A DNA stretch of 62,287 nt, the filler included. It is 7 parts of 7 records of this genome, joined end to end, with 100 filler letters (N's around TTAATTAATTAA, not from the genome) between each part and the next. Parts side by side here need not be neighbours in the genome. Positions count along the whole stretch, not along the records: positions 1 to 9,564 come from SRR31156797_44591; 6 more parts are not named here. One strand, given 5' to 3'. Both the position numbers and the translations under genes were made by a program. Shown here piece after piece: positions 1 to 9,257 of the stretch. The notes under the pieces were generated by a model that had not been told where the DNA came from, made no database searches, and saw only the letters and a program-made list of their open reading frames with translations. Position 1 is the first letter of the stretch, and each line of letters begins with the position of its first letter.

Positions 1-109
1 CAAGGTTTTTTATTCGTGCGTCAGTACTGGTTCACGGCAATATCCCTTGCCCTGAATTTAATACTATGTTATAAGATTGTTTTGTAATGGATGTCCAAAT
101 AATCATACC

Positions 110-952
110 ATGACGAACAGCATTCCACAAATCATTCCCGCGGAAAAAATTCAAACATATTCTCGGTATTTTGTTGAGACATTTGTTAATAAGGCCGATA
201 CCGATCGTCCTTACGAGATAGATCTTTCCTTTTATCCAACCCGGGCCGATTATGAAGCAAACACGGCCAGGGTAAACGCCGGGCCCGTTTATTCCGAACA
301 GCAGAAGGATCGCTTTACGATCCATATCTGTGAAGAATCTCTTGAGAATATCCCTTCCCCGGCACTGCAAGGATGGATGGAGTATGAGGCGATGCGTTGT
401 GTTCAAAAACGCCTTCCTGAATTGAATGGGTTCAACTTCAGAAGAAAAATTTTACCCCTGATGCCGGTAACGGGGCTTGCTGAAAACCATATCCGTGAAC
501 TTGTCGCTTCCCTTGAGGCGGGACTTACAAAATATCTTGCCACGAAAACAATCACCCTTATGGGCGGCGGTTTCCAGCAGGCTCATTTTTATTTTTTCAG
601 GATAAGCCCCATGGTGGAGGACCGCCACAATTATCTAAAAGTCCTGCCCCATCCATGGACCAAAGCCCTTTTCCTGTGCCGTAAATTCAGGGAGTTCATG
701 CCCATTTACTGGCTCGCCGATCAAAATGTTGAATTTTCCCACGATCTGGCAACCTACTGGTGGAAAATCCACGACTATGTAATGCCCGAAGACAACACTT
801 TTTTAAGGGAACTTTCGGACATACCCCATCAATACACCGATACACCCTACCCCGATATTGTGATTGCGCTGTTTAAAAAGTTAAAATCTCAATATCTTCT
901 CTCTCGGAAAGACGCTTCAAAACCGGCATCTCCACCACCGACCTTGCATTAG
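110..952 (+). CDS. hypothetical protein (possibly degenerate zincin-like fold)
   Basis: Long ORF 77..952; first ATG at 110; no clearly recognisable family motif. Confidence 0.7.
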   Translation: MTNSIPQIIPAEKIQTYSRYFVETFVNKADTDRPYEIDLSFYPTRADYEANTARVNAGPVYSEQQKDRFTIHICEESLENIPSPALQGWMEYEAMRCVQKRLPELNGFNFRRKILPLMPVTGLAENHIRELVASLEAGLTKYLATKTITLMGGGFQQAHFYFFRISPMVEDRHNYLKVLPHPWTKALFLCRKFREFMPIYWLADQNVEFSHDLATYWWKIHDYVMPEDNTFLRELSDIPHQYTDTPYPDIVIALFKKLKSQYLLSRKDASKPASPPPTLH

Positions 953-1053
953 CCCGTACCCGGCGGTAAGGTTTTTTCTGATACCCAAGCGAAATCAGCC
1001 GCCATAAATCCAAATATCAACCAAAAAACGACCAATCATCAACCTTTGGATGA

Positions 1054-1100
1054 TGGACACTCCTTCAACGAACCCACATACTGATACCCCCCATAGGTAT
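1054..1100 (+). promoter_or_regulatory. CsoR/RcnR-type operator ATACC-CCCCATA-GGTAT (1084-1100) next to a putative sigma70 promoter TGGACA-N17-CATACT
   Basis: ATACC/GGTAT inverted repeat around a C-tract, directly before RBS AGGAGA and the csoR start; matches the known CsoR/RcnR operator style. Confidence 0.7.
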
Positions 1101-1112
1101 AGGAGATAGAAA

Positions 1113-1376
1113 ATGACCCTTTGTGGAAATGATAAATCAAAATATGTTAACAGGCTGAACCGCATCGAAGGCCAGGTGCGGGGCGTCAAAAAAATGGTTG
1201 GAGAAGACAGAGATTGCATGGACGTTCTAAAGCAGATTTCAGCAACCATCGGCGCCATGCGTTCCCTGGGGATACTTATTCTGGAAGAGCATTTAAATGG
1301 CTGTGTTGCCGGTGCCATCCGGAATAAAAAGCATGATGAAGAACTGATTCGCCAGGTGGTGGAAATCAAGTTCTAA
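1113..1376 (+). CDS. csoR: CsoR/RcnR family metal-sensing transcriptional repressor
   Basis: RLNRIEGQVRGV motif; C35, H60, C64 ligands; RBS AGGAGA. Confidence 0.9.
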   Translation: MTLCGNDKSKYVNRLNRIEGQVRGVKKMVGEDRDCMDVLKQISATIGAMRSLGILILEEHLNGCVAGAIRNKKHDEELIRQVVEIKF

Positions 1377-1679
1377 CAACCTGTTTTGCACAGGGCTTTT
1401 GATTGACGCGGCATATGCAAAAACCTGTTCGGGTATCGGCGAGGGAATGGATGGGCCGGGTACATGGCCTGAGGATACTGGATGCCCCCTCTGAAAACGA
1501 CCCCATACCGATCACCATCGATGATACCCTGGATATCTTGTATTATAACAACAGGTTCCGCGCATGATAACCGATTACGGAATTTTACCATGGAGGACGA
1601 AAGCAAACCGACACTTGATTCCCGTTTAAATATTTTCCTTTGAGACAAAAAAGATTTTTTATTCAAGGAGATGGTCATT

Positions 1680-2435
1680 ATGGAACTCAAGACTTTGTTC
1701 ATCGGTATCATTTTTGCCATGGGCATCTTTGCCGTCAAGAGCGGCGTAGGCATTCATTATCTGCTGACCCGGAAGGAAGGGGGGAAAAGCAGGCTCGCAT
1801 TCCTTTCCTTTTACAGTCTTGTATACCTTTTCCTGTTTTTGTCCTGCGCCCATGTCATCCACCATATCGACATCATTTCATATTTCGAAACCGTTCAGAG
1901 GTTTCTCAAATACGGCATGGCTTTACATGTGTTGATGGCCGGCGGACTTTTGGTCTGGGGCATTCTGCTTCTCAGAAGCAGCGGAAAATCGGCAAAAGGA
2001 AAACATGCATGGATGGCGTTGATCATCCCCTGCCCCGTTTGCATTACCGTCATCTTTCTTAGTTTATCCTTCCTGATTTCTTACTTTCCCGACGCAGTTC
2101 ATCTGGCGGCCATTTCGGCCTATCTGGCATTTATGGGCATTGTTTCGGCCACCATCATCATCATGGCTTTCTGGCGATATAATTCAAGCAGCACCCCTGA
2201 ATTAAACATCGGGGCCGCAATGGTACTCATCGCCATCTATTTTCTTTTATCCATTATTATCCTGCCACAATTTGGAGATGTGGGTAGGATTTACCGGCTG
2301 GCCGCCTATCAGGGTGAAACACAAATGATAGGTTCAAATGAGTGGGTGCCGCTTTTTTGCGTCATCACCGTATTTTTTGTGTGGGGGTTTATCAGAATGA
2401 CGAAAAAGCTGAACACGAGGTCAAAATGGATATAG
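1680..2435 (+). CDS. DUF2162 membrane protein (HmuT-like putative transporter)
   Basis: Multi-TM protein with PCPVC motif; upstream of ExbB-like, DUF2149 and CobN genes; ATG 1680 is better spaced from AGGAG than 1671. Confidence 0.8.
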   Translation: MELKTLFIGIIFAMGIFAVKSGVGIHYLLTRKEGGKSRLAFLSFYSLVYLFLFLSCAHVIHHIDIISYFETVQRFLKYGMALHVLMAGGLLVWGILLLRSSGKSAKGKHAWMALIIPCPVCITVIFLSLSFLISYFPDAVHLAAISAYLAFMGIVSATIIIMAFWRYNSSSTPELNIGAAMVLIAIYFLLSIIILPQFGDVGRIYRLAAYQGETQMIGSNEWVPLFCVITVFFVWGFIRMTKKLNTRSKWI

Positions 2436-3049
2436 CGGCCCTACTGAAATTATTCATCTATCTTATTGCGTCCTCCCTGCTCTATCCGGTCATGTTCCTA
2501 TTGGTGTTACTGACCCTCTGGATGCTTATTTTTACCGGCGCCTTTTTTGCCGAATGGTTGGAGAGGGTTCGATTGGACCGATACGAACCCGAAGAACTCC
2601 CCGGCATTATTTTAAAACCGGACAATCGCTCCGCTTTTCCCCGGCGGGTTGACGACTACATGGTTAAATTGCGATCCATGTTCGCCCACGGCCGGAAATC
2701 TTCCGAGATTGAGACGGAGAACCTATTGCAGGAAAAAACCCTGAACCTCAGAAAATCACTTGAGAAAATCGGAATGGTGGTTCGAATCGGGCCGGGTTTA
2801 GGTCTCATCGGCACATTGATCCCCATGGGAACGGGCCTGGCGGCCTTGGGCCAGGGGGACATGACAAAGCTTTCATCCGACCTCGTCATCGCTTTTACAA
2901 CCACCGTTGTGGGCCTGGCTTTGGGAATGGTCGCCTTTTTTTTCTTCACCATCAAAAAGAGGTGGATCGAAGAAGACATCAAAAATATTGAACTGGCCAC
3001 GGATCTGCTTGCGGACCATTCTTCGGCAAATCAGGAGGTATTATTATGA
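2426..3049 (+). CDS. MotA/TolQ/ExbB proton channel family protein (HmuU-like)
   Basis: RIGPGLGLIGTLIPMG...AFTTTVVGL signature; overlaps the upstream gene. Confidence 0.88.
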   Translation: MDIAALLKLFIYLIASSLLYPVMFLLVLLTLWMLIFTGAFFAEWLERVRLDRYEPEELPGIILKPDNRSAFPRRVDDYMVKLRSMFAHGRKSSEIETENLLQEKTLNLRKSLEKIGMVVRIGPGLGLIGTLIPMGTGLAALGQGDMTKLSSDLVIAFTTTVVGLALGMVAFFFFTIKKRWIEEDIKNIELATDLLADHSSANQEVLL

Positions 3050-3405
3050 AGTATTTCCAAAAAAGAAGAAGCCGCCTGCATACCCGGGGCGGCACGGATC
3101 AAACGGCCCCGGGAAACGATCCCTTAACGGGAGTGGCCAACCTCTTTGATATCGGCCTGGTCTTTATCGTGGGTCTGATCGTTACCATTTTTTCGGCTTA
3201 TAATCTTCAGGATCTTTTGAGTGAAAAATCGGACGTGACGCTTTTGAAAATGAGTAAAAACAAAGAAATGGAGATTATCACCAAGAAAGGGAATAAAATT
3301 AAAGCCATGAAAGTGTCTAAACAAAAAGCCAAAGGGCGGGGCGAAAGACTGGGCGTGGCTTACAAATTGGAAGACGGAACAATGGTTTATGTCCCTGAAC
3401 AATAA
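3046..3405 (+). CDS. DUF2149 protein (HmuV-like, ExbD-like partner)
   Basis: DPLTGVANLFDIGLVF and GERLGVAYKLEDG..YVPE motifs; single TM; ATGA coupling. Confidence 0.85.
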   Translation: MKYFQKRRSRLHTRGGTDQTAPGNDPLTGVANLFDIGLVFIVGLIVTIFSAYNLQDLLSEKSDVTLLKMSKNKEMEIITKKGNKIKAMKVSKQKAKGRGERLGVAYKLEDGTMVYVPEQ

Positions 3406-3430
3406 TAAACGATGTTATGATTCCATAAAG

Positions 3431-6400
3431 ATGCGATTTTCAATCACACTCTGTTTCATATTCATGTTGCTTCCCGCCACCGTTTCCGCCGAGCAATTGT
3501 CGATTCTTATGATGGATCAAGAGAGCTATCTGCTCAACAAATCAATCAAAGGACTCACACTTCCCAAAGAGATTGAAATCAAAGCATTCACCCTTTCCGA
3601 TCTTACCAAAGATCCGGCCGCCCGGGATTTCCTCAGCCGATCAAACGTCATTGTTCTGGATGTGATGGCCACAGAACTAACCGATTATGTGTTGAAAAAC
3701 GTAAATGGTTCCGGTAAAAAAATTCATGGTTTAAGAGGATCACGGGACGATGAAGGGCTCAAAAGAAAGGGATTTGTTTTTGATCCTCATATTCAGGAAT
3801 ATTTCAGTAACCCGTCCATCATTAATATTCAAAACATGATTTATCGCATGGTACATGAGAGCTTTGATCCCAATGTAACGTATCAAAAGGTGAAAAAGGA
3901 ACTCCAAACAGGGATTTACCACTCTCATGCAAAAACCAGGTTTTCGGACTATGACACATACCTTAAATGGTACCGGAAGCAGCCGCAATATGACGAACAT
4001 AACCCATGGATCGGTATCATGGTTTTTGCCTCCAATCTTGAAGAAGGACAGGTGGAGGCCATTAATGAAATTATCAAGGCGCTCGAAAATACGGGGTTTA
4101 ATGTGCTCGCTTGCTTCGGTTCCGAGTACCGCATATTGACGGAATTTTTGGCGGATAACGCCGGAAAATCGAGAGTGGATCTTGCTTTGGCCTTCTCCCT
4201 CAAATTCTACTCGGCCCTTAATCCGAAGATGCAGCGCGCGCTCGATGATCTTAAGACCCCCATCTTCAACATTATCAACCTTCACACCATCACCATTGAT
4301 GAATGGCGCACTGATCCCGTGGGCATCCCCAGTATGGACCTTGTCTGGAGTGTGGCTAACCCTGAAATTTCAGGAATGATCGAACCCTCCCTTTTAACCG
4401 GAAAGGTAAAACTGGAAACCCAAGAAAAAGGCAAACGCCTGTTCGTCCAGGAACCCATCCGGGAAAACCTGGAATTGCTTCTGCCCCGCCTGAAAAAATG
4501 GATTGACTTGCAGCGATGTCCTGAGAAAGAGAAACGGGTTGCAATTTTATACTACAACAACAGTCGGGGAAAACAGAATGTGGGCGCCACATACCTGAAT
4601 GTATTTGCAAGTCTCGAATTGATCTTGAACCGCATGAAGGACGAAGGATATCAATTTGAAATGGACGAACGCATCAGCCGGGAGGCCATTAAAGAGTTGG
4701 TCCTGAAATACGGCCGGAATATCGGCAGTTGGGCGCCGGGTGAACTGGACCGGTTGCTGAGTGACAAAAGGGCGATCCGGATCCCCATTGAAACATATAA
4801 AAAATGGTTTGACCGGCTCCCTGAAGATTTCAGAAAAAATGTGATCCGGCAATGGGGGGAAGTGGAAACCTCAAAACTCATGACGAAAAACGGCCATTTG
4901 ATCATACCGGCCATCATCCTGGGCAATGTGCTCATTATGCCCGAACCGGCCCGGGGATGGGGGGATGATCCCATGAAACTCTATCACGATACGACCCTTT
5001 ACCCCCATCACCAGTATATCGCTGCGTATCTCTGGTTGAAATACGGTTTTAACGCCGATGCCATGATCCATCTGGGCACCCACGGCACCCATGAATGGCT
5101 CCCCGGAAAACAGGCGGGATTGTCACCCTCGTGCCCCCCGGATGTTCTCATAACCGACATTCCCAATATCTATCCCTACAACGTGGATGTGGTGGGGGAA
5201 GGCATCCAGGCCAAAAGACGCGGCCGGGCCGTCATTGTGGATCACCTGACACCAATGGTGAAGGAAGGGGGTATCCATCATGAATACAGCAACCTCTACG
5301 ACATGATCAACAGCTATTGGCAGGCCACCGCCATGGGAAGCCGAACCGATTCGGCAAAGCTTTTGAAAATAGATGAAGCCGTCAAAAAAATCGGACTGGA
5401 TAAAGATCTTGGCCTATCGGAAATGAATGAAAAAACCCTGCGACAAATCGAACAATATCTCCTTGAACTGAAAGAAAACCTCATGCCCTACGGCCTTCAC
5501 ACCTTTGGAAGTGCCCCCGATGACGACGGCCTGGCGGACACGGTAAAGGCCATCTTAAAGCAGAATCCCGAATTGAAAAGTTCTGACGTCAAAGCAGCGC
5601 TCATGGATTCCGGCCCCAGGGAAATCAACCATTTCATGAAAGCACTTGACGGCGGTTATATCCCTCCGGGCCCTGGAAATGACCCCATCCGAAACCCTGC
5701 GGTTATCCCCACGGGCAACAATTTTTATGGGTTTGATCCCAACAAGATCCCTTCGAAAACGGCCTGGGAGATGGGGAAACGGGCCGCGGATCAACTGATT
5801 GCCAAAAGCCTTAAGGAAAACGGAAAATATCCGGAAAAAGTCGCCGTGGTGCTGTGGTCCACGGAAACCATCCGGAATGAAGGGTTGAACGAAAGCACCA
5901 TCCTTCATCTCATGGGGTTGAAACCCATATGGGACAGCAGCAACCGGGTCGTAGGCGTTGAAGTTACCCCTGGGAAACAGCTGGGTCGCCCCAGGATCGA
6001 TGTGCTCATCAACCCTTCAGGCCTCTATCGCGACCTTTTCCCCAACTTCATGCTCTTTCTGGACAAGGCGGTTCAGAAAGCCGCCGTTCAAACGGACATC
6101 CAAAACCTCATCCGTGAACATAGCCGCAGCATCAAGGATCATTTGATCCGGGGAGGCATGGACGAAAAGGAGGCAGACCTCTTTTCAAAGGTCCGTATTT
6201 TTGCGGAAAAACCGGGGGACTACGGCACTGGCGTGGACACCATGACGTCCAATTCGGGGATGTGGGAGTCGTCCGGTGAGGTGGCGGAGGTGTTTGAAAA
6301 CAGAGAAGGGCATGCCTTCGGCATGGGCAAATGGGGAGCACCCGCCAAGAAGCTCTTCAAGGAAAACCTGAAAAACGTCAGCACCACCATCCATTCACTC

Positions 6401-7342
6401 TCCTCCAACATTTTCGGCACAATGGATAACGATGACATGTTTCAGTACCTGGGGGGACTCTCCCTGGCGGTGAAACATGAAAGCGGACAAGAACCCGATA
6501 CCCTCATCACCATGCAGCGTACGCTGGGCCAGGTGCAGGTTGAAAATGCCTCAAAAACCTTTGGCCGTGAAATCCGCACCCGATATCTCAATCCCAAATG
6601 GATCGAAGGGATGAAAAAAGAAGGGTATGCGGGCGCCCGAGAGATGTCGGATTATGTGGAATATATGTGGGGTTGGCAGGTCACGGTGTCGTCGGCCATC
6701 GACAAGACCAAATGGGAACAGACCTACGAGGTTTATGTGGAAGACAAATACGGGCTGGATATCAAGGAATTCCTCAATAAAGAGAACCCCTGGGCCTATC
6801 AATCCATGACCGCCCGGATGACGGAATCCATCCGCAAAGGGTATTGGAAAGCGGATGAACAGGTCAAAAAGAAACTGGCCGTTGAATACGCCGTAAACGT
6901 CGTTGAAAAAGGGGTTGCCTGCTGCGATCACACCTGTAACAATCCTTTTCTGAACCAGATGATAGTGAGCATCATCAGCATGCCGGGGGTCATGAGCCCT
7001 GAGATGGTGGAGAAGTTCAAAATTGCCATGGAACAGGCCATGGGCAAACCCCTGGAAGAACAAGTCCGGGAAAGAAAAGCCTTGCAGAAACAATTGACCG
7101 AAGGGTTCAACAAGAAACCGCAAACTTCCGAAGCCATAACATCTCAAACAAAACCCACTCCGGAACCGCAGCCTTCCAAGGAAAGCGCCGATAATATCAG
7201 CATCGAAGGGTATAAAATGGAGGAGATTCAAAAAAACGAGGAAACAACGGACCTGTCCTCTTCCGGCGTGCAATGGTTTGCATCCCTCTTTATTGTATTA
7301 ATCATGGGCCTGGCAATCATTGGGGCCAAGAGAGCCAAATAA
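3431..7342 (+). CDS. cobN: CobN/magnesium chelatase family protein, exported and membrane-anchored (HmuS-like)
   Basis: HLGTHGTHEWLPGK, NIYPY, PTGNNFY, RPRIDV, NPKWIEGMK motifs; N-terminal signal peptide (…PATVSA|EQ); C-terminal TM helix plus basic tail. Confidence 0.9.
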   Translation: MRFSITLCFIFMLLPATVSAEQLSILMMDQESYLLNKSIKGLTLPKEIEIKAFTLSDLTKDPAARDFLSRSNVIVLDVMATELTDYVLKNVNGSGKKIHGLRGSRDDEGLKRKGFVFDPHIQEYFSNPSIINIQNMIYRMVHESFDPNVTYQKVKKELQTGIYHSHAKTRFSDYDTYLKWYRKQPQYDEHNPWIGIMVFASNLEEGQVEAINEIIKALENTGFNVLACFGSEYRILTEFLADNAGKSRVDLALAFSLKFYSALNPKMQRALDDLKTPIFNIINLHTITIDEWRTDPVGIPSMDLVWSVANPEISGMIEPSLLTGKVKLETQEKGKRLFVQEPIRENLELLLPRLKKWIDLQRCPEKEKRVAILYYNNSRGKQNVGATYLNVFASLELILNRMKDEGYQFEMDERISREAIKELVLKYGRNIGSWAPGELDRLLSDKRAIRIPIETYKKWFDRLPEDFRKNVIRQWGEVETSKLMTKNGHLIIPAIILGNVLIMPEPARGWGDDPMKLYHDTTLYPHHQYIAAYLWLKYGFNADAMIHLGTHGTHEWLPGKQAGLSPSCPPDVLITDIPNIYPYNVDVVGEGIQAKRRGRAVIVDHLTPMVKEGGIHHEYSNLYDMINSYWQATAMGSRTDSAKLLKIDEAVKKIGLDKDLGLSEMNEKTLRQIEQYLLELKENLMPYGLHTFGSAPDDDGLADTVKAILKQNPELKSSDVKAALMDSGPREINHFMKALDGGYIPPGPGNDPIRNPAVIPTGNNFYGFDPNKIPSKTAWEMGKRAADQLIAKSLKENGKYPEKVAVVLWSTETIRNEGLNESTILHLMGLKPIWDSSNRVVGVEVTPGKQLGRPRIDVLINPSGLYRDLFPNFMLFLDKAVQKAAVQTDIQNLIREHSRSIKDHLIRGGMDEKEADLFSKVRIFAEKPGDYGTGVDTMTSNSGMWESSGEVAEVFENREGHAFGMGKWGAPAKKLFKENLKNVSTTIHSLSSNIFGTMDNDDMFQYLGGLSLAVKHESGQEPDTLITMQRTLGQVQVENASKTFGREIRTRYLNPKWIEGMKKEGYAGAREMSDYVEYMWGWQVTVSSAIDKTKWEQTYEVYVEDKYGLDIKEFLNKENPWAYQSMTARMTESIRKGYWKADEQVKKKLAVEYAVNVVEKGVACCDHTCNNPFLNQMIVSIISMPGVMSPEMVEKFKIAMEQAMGKPLEEQVRERKALQKQLTEGFNKKPQTSEAITSQTKPTPEPQPSKESADNISIEGYKMEEIQKNEETTDLSSSGVQWFASLFIVLIMGLAIIGAKRAK

Positions 7343-7349
7343 TTTCAGT

Positions 7350-7371
7350 ATCAAGCGATTCAACGCTTGAT
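7350..7371 (+). terminator. stem-loop ATCAAGCG-N6-CGCTTGAT after cobN (no U-tract)
   Basis: Perfect 8-bp inverted repeat just after the stop codon. Confidence 0.35.
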
Positions 7372-7386
7372 GGGTGAGTTTAGAAA

Positions 7387-8238
7387 ATGTCGAACAAAAA
7401 GAATCAAACACCTGATTATTACACGTCTATCTTTCATACCCTCTATCCCGATACGGGCGAAGGGATTCTTTTTGCATACTCCGATTTGAAAATCGCCAAC
7501 GCCAATGACCGTCTATGCCAGATCTTTAATACGTCCATTCAACGGCTTTTGGGCGTCGACTGTCGAACCCTCATTGAAAAAAGAGATCTTCCGTCATTTG
7601 AAGACGCCTTAAAAAACATGGGAAACCACATCAGTTGGGCCGCAGAATTGAGAGGGTTGCGCAATGAAAAACGCTTCCCCATAAAGCTGACGCTCAAACG
7701 CATACCCATCGAAAAAACACTTGTTTTCAGCATCGTTGTTCGCGACCTGACCTCCCGTGAAAATCTCAAGGAACAATTGCGCCAGGAGAAGGCCAATCGG
7801 CGGGAAATGTATATTACCATCCGGAATATGATGAAAGCATTTGAAAGGGAAAAAAGCGGCATCGAGACCGGCGTCAGCCACAAAATCGAAACAATGCTGA
7901 TACCTGCACTGGAAAAAATCAGAAATGAAAATTCAGCGGATCTCCGAAACACTTACCTGGAACTTCTGCAAGACCAGCTCATCAATTTGACCCGTGGCTT
8001 TTCAAAAGAGCTTGACAGTCGTTTTCTCCGCCTGACCCGCTCGGAGATGCTCATTTGCAGTCACATCCAATCGGGACTGTCCAGCAAGGAAATTGCCGAA
8101 AAGATGAGCATCTCCCTTGAAACGGTTCTGACCCACCGGCGTAATATCCGAAAGAAACTGGGGCTGCGGCGCCGGCGCGTCAACCTTTTTTCTCTTTTGA
8201 GTTCAAAACCGTTTTTAAAGAATGTGGCTTCTCATTAG
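7387..8238 (+). CDS. PAS domain + LuxR-type HTH transcriptional regulator
   Basis: N-terminal PAS-like region; C-terminal LTRSE…GLSSKEIAEKMSISLETVLTHRRNIRKKLG. Confidence 0.88.
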   Translation: MSNKKNQTPDYYTSIFHTLYPDTGEGILFAYSDLKIANANDRLCQIFNTSIQRLLGVDCRTLIEKRDLPSFEDALKNMGNHISWAAELRGLRNEKRFPIKLTLKRIPIEKTLVFSIVVRDLTSRENLKEQLRQEKANRREMYITIRNMMKAFEREKSGIETGVSHKIETMLIPALEKIRNENSADLRNTYLELLQDQLINLTRGFSKELDSRFLRLTRSEMLICSHIQSGLSSKEIAEKMSISLETVLTHRRNIRKKLGLRRRRVNLFSLLSSKPFLKNVASH

Positions 8239-8294
8239 GGTTGGTGAACCCCACAGGGACCGGTTCAAAAGCCACAGTTTCAAAATCCACTGTT

Positions 8295-8484
8295 ATGGGT
8301 ACACTTTTCTACCCATTGGCCCTCCTGGTTAATCGCTTATACAGGTAAACCCATGGCAACACCGCTATCTTCCTGTATCCATCTTTTTTCAAGAGCCCAT
8401 CAGGCTTTTCAATTCCGCTGACGCCCAACAAACAAAAAAACGCGTAGATTTTTGGGTATATGATAATACCCATTTTTCACCCAT
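8295..8484. promoter_or_regulatory. repeated TGGGTA-N8-TACCCA palindromes, candidate transcription factor sites
   Basis: Copies at 8295-8316 and 8452-8473; extra half-sites at 8348-8354 and 8478-8484. Confidence 0.55.
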
Positions 8485-8637
8485 TTTAATTCCTTTCGTT
8501 AAAAGGAAAGTTTAGATAGAAATTAATGAAGAGAAAAAAAATAGATTGCTTTTATATCTCTCGGACAATGCAACTCAAACTTTATGGCGCATGAAGACCC
8601 TTTTGGGACTTGCCTAACCGAGAAGAGGGAGAAGAAA

Positions 8638-9252
8638 ATGGAAATTACTCAAATCGCTGGTTTCTTAGGATGTGGGAAAACAACCCTGATTTTAAAACTA
8701 GCTGAAATGATCGCAGATGGCGGGAAACGCAAAGTAGCTCTTATCGTCAATGAAATCGGAGAGATACCTGTTGATGGCAAAATCATAGAGGAAGGCGGCA
8801 TGACAATGAAGGATATCGGCGGAGGCTGCATCTGCTGCGAGGTGGCCGTCTCCTTCGGCAAAACCCTTGTTGAGCTTTATAAGCAGTTCAGACCCGATCA
8901 TGTCCTGGTTGAGCCCACGGGGGTCGCCATACCCCATCAGGTAAAATCCGCAGCCAAAATGGGCATGCGGGATGCCAAACCGATCGTTGGACCGGCCATC
9001 GTTTTGTTCGACGCCACCCGTCCGGCGGAACTGCTGGACATGGATATGCTGGGAAATCTGGTGGTCAATCAAGTAAAAGATGCGGATTATCTGGCCATTA
9101 GCAAAATTGACGCAGTGGATCCCGCTGAACTGGACGACATTGCGGCACGGGTCCAGGAGTACAACAAGACAGCCGAAACCATTTTCATCTCCGCCTTTAC
9201 GGGCGAGGGTCTGGATCGGCTGGCACAAATCATTCTGAATGTTGCGAGGTGA
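8638..9252 (+). CDS. CobW/HypB/UreG (G3E/COG0523) family GTPase, nucleotide-binding domain only
   Basis: GFLGCGKTT Walker A, VNEIG, GGCICC metal motif, VEPTG, SKID. Confidence 0.88.
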   Translation: MEITQIAGFLGCGKTTLILKLAEMIADGGKRKVALIVNEIGEIPVDGKIIEEGGMTMKDIGGGCICCEVAVSFGKTLVELYKQFRPDHVLVEPTGVAIPHQVKSAAKMGMRDAKPIVGPAIVLFDATRPAELLDMDMLGNLVVNQVKDADYLAISKIDAVDPAELDDIAARVQEYNKTAETIFISAFTGEGLDRLAQIILNVAR

Positions 9253-9257
9253 TCGTC

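Noticed and set aside
2936-2943. Poly-T run in the ExbB-like gene as a phase-variation tract
   Set aside because: Encodes Phe residues in a TM helix, in frame; no evidence of switching
8239-8420. Possible cobalamin riboswitch upstream of the CobW gene (AGGGACCGGTTCAAAAGCC…CCACTGT)
   Set aside because: Only fragments resemble the consensus; no GCCACTG…GGGAAG pairing or B12 box. An Infernal search with cobalamin models would be decisive.
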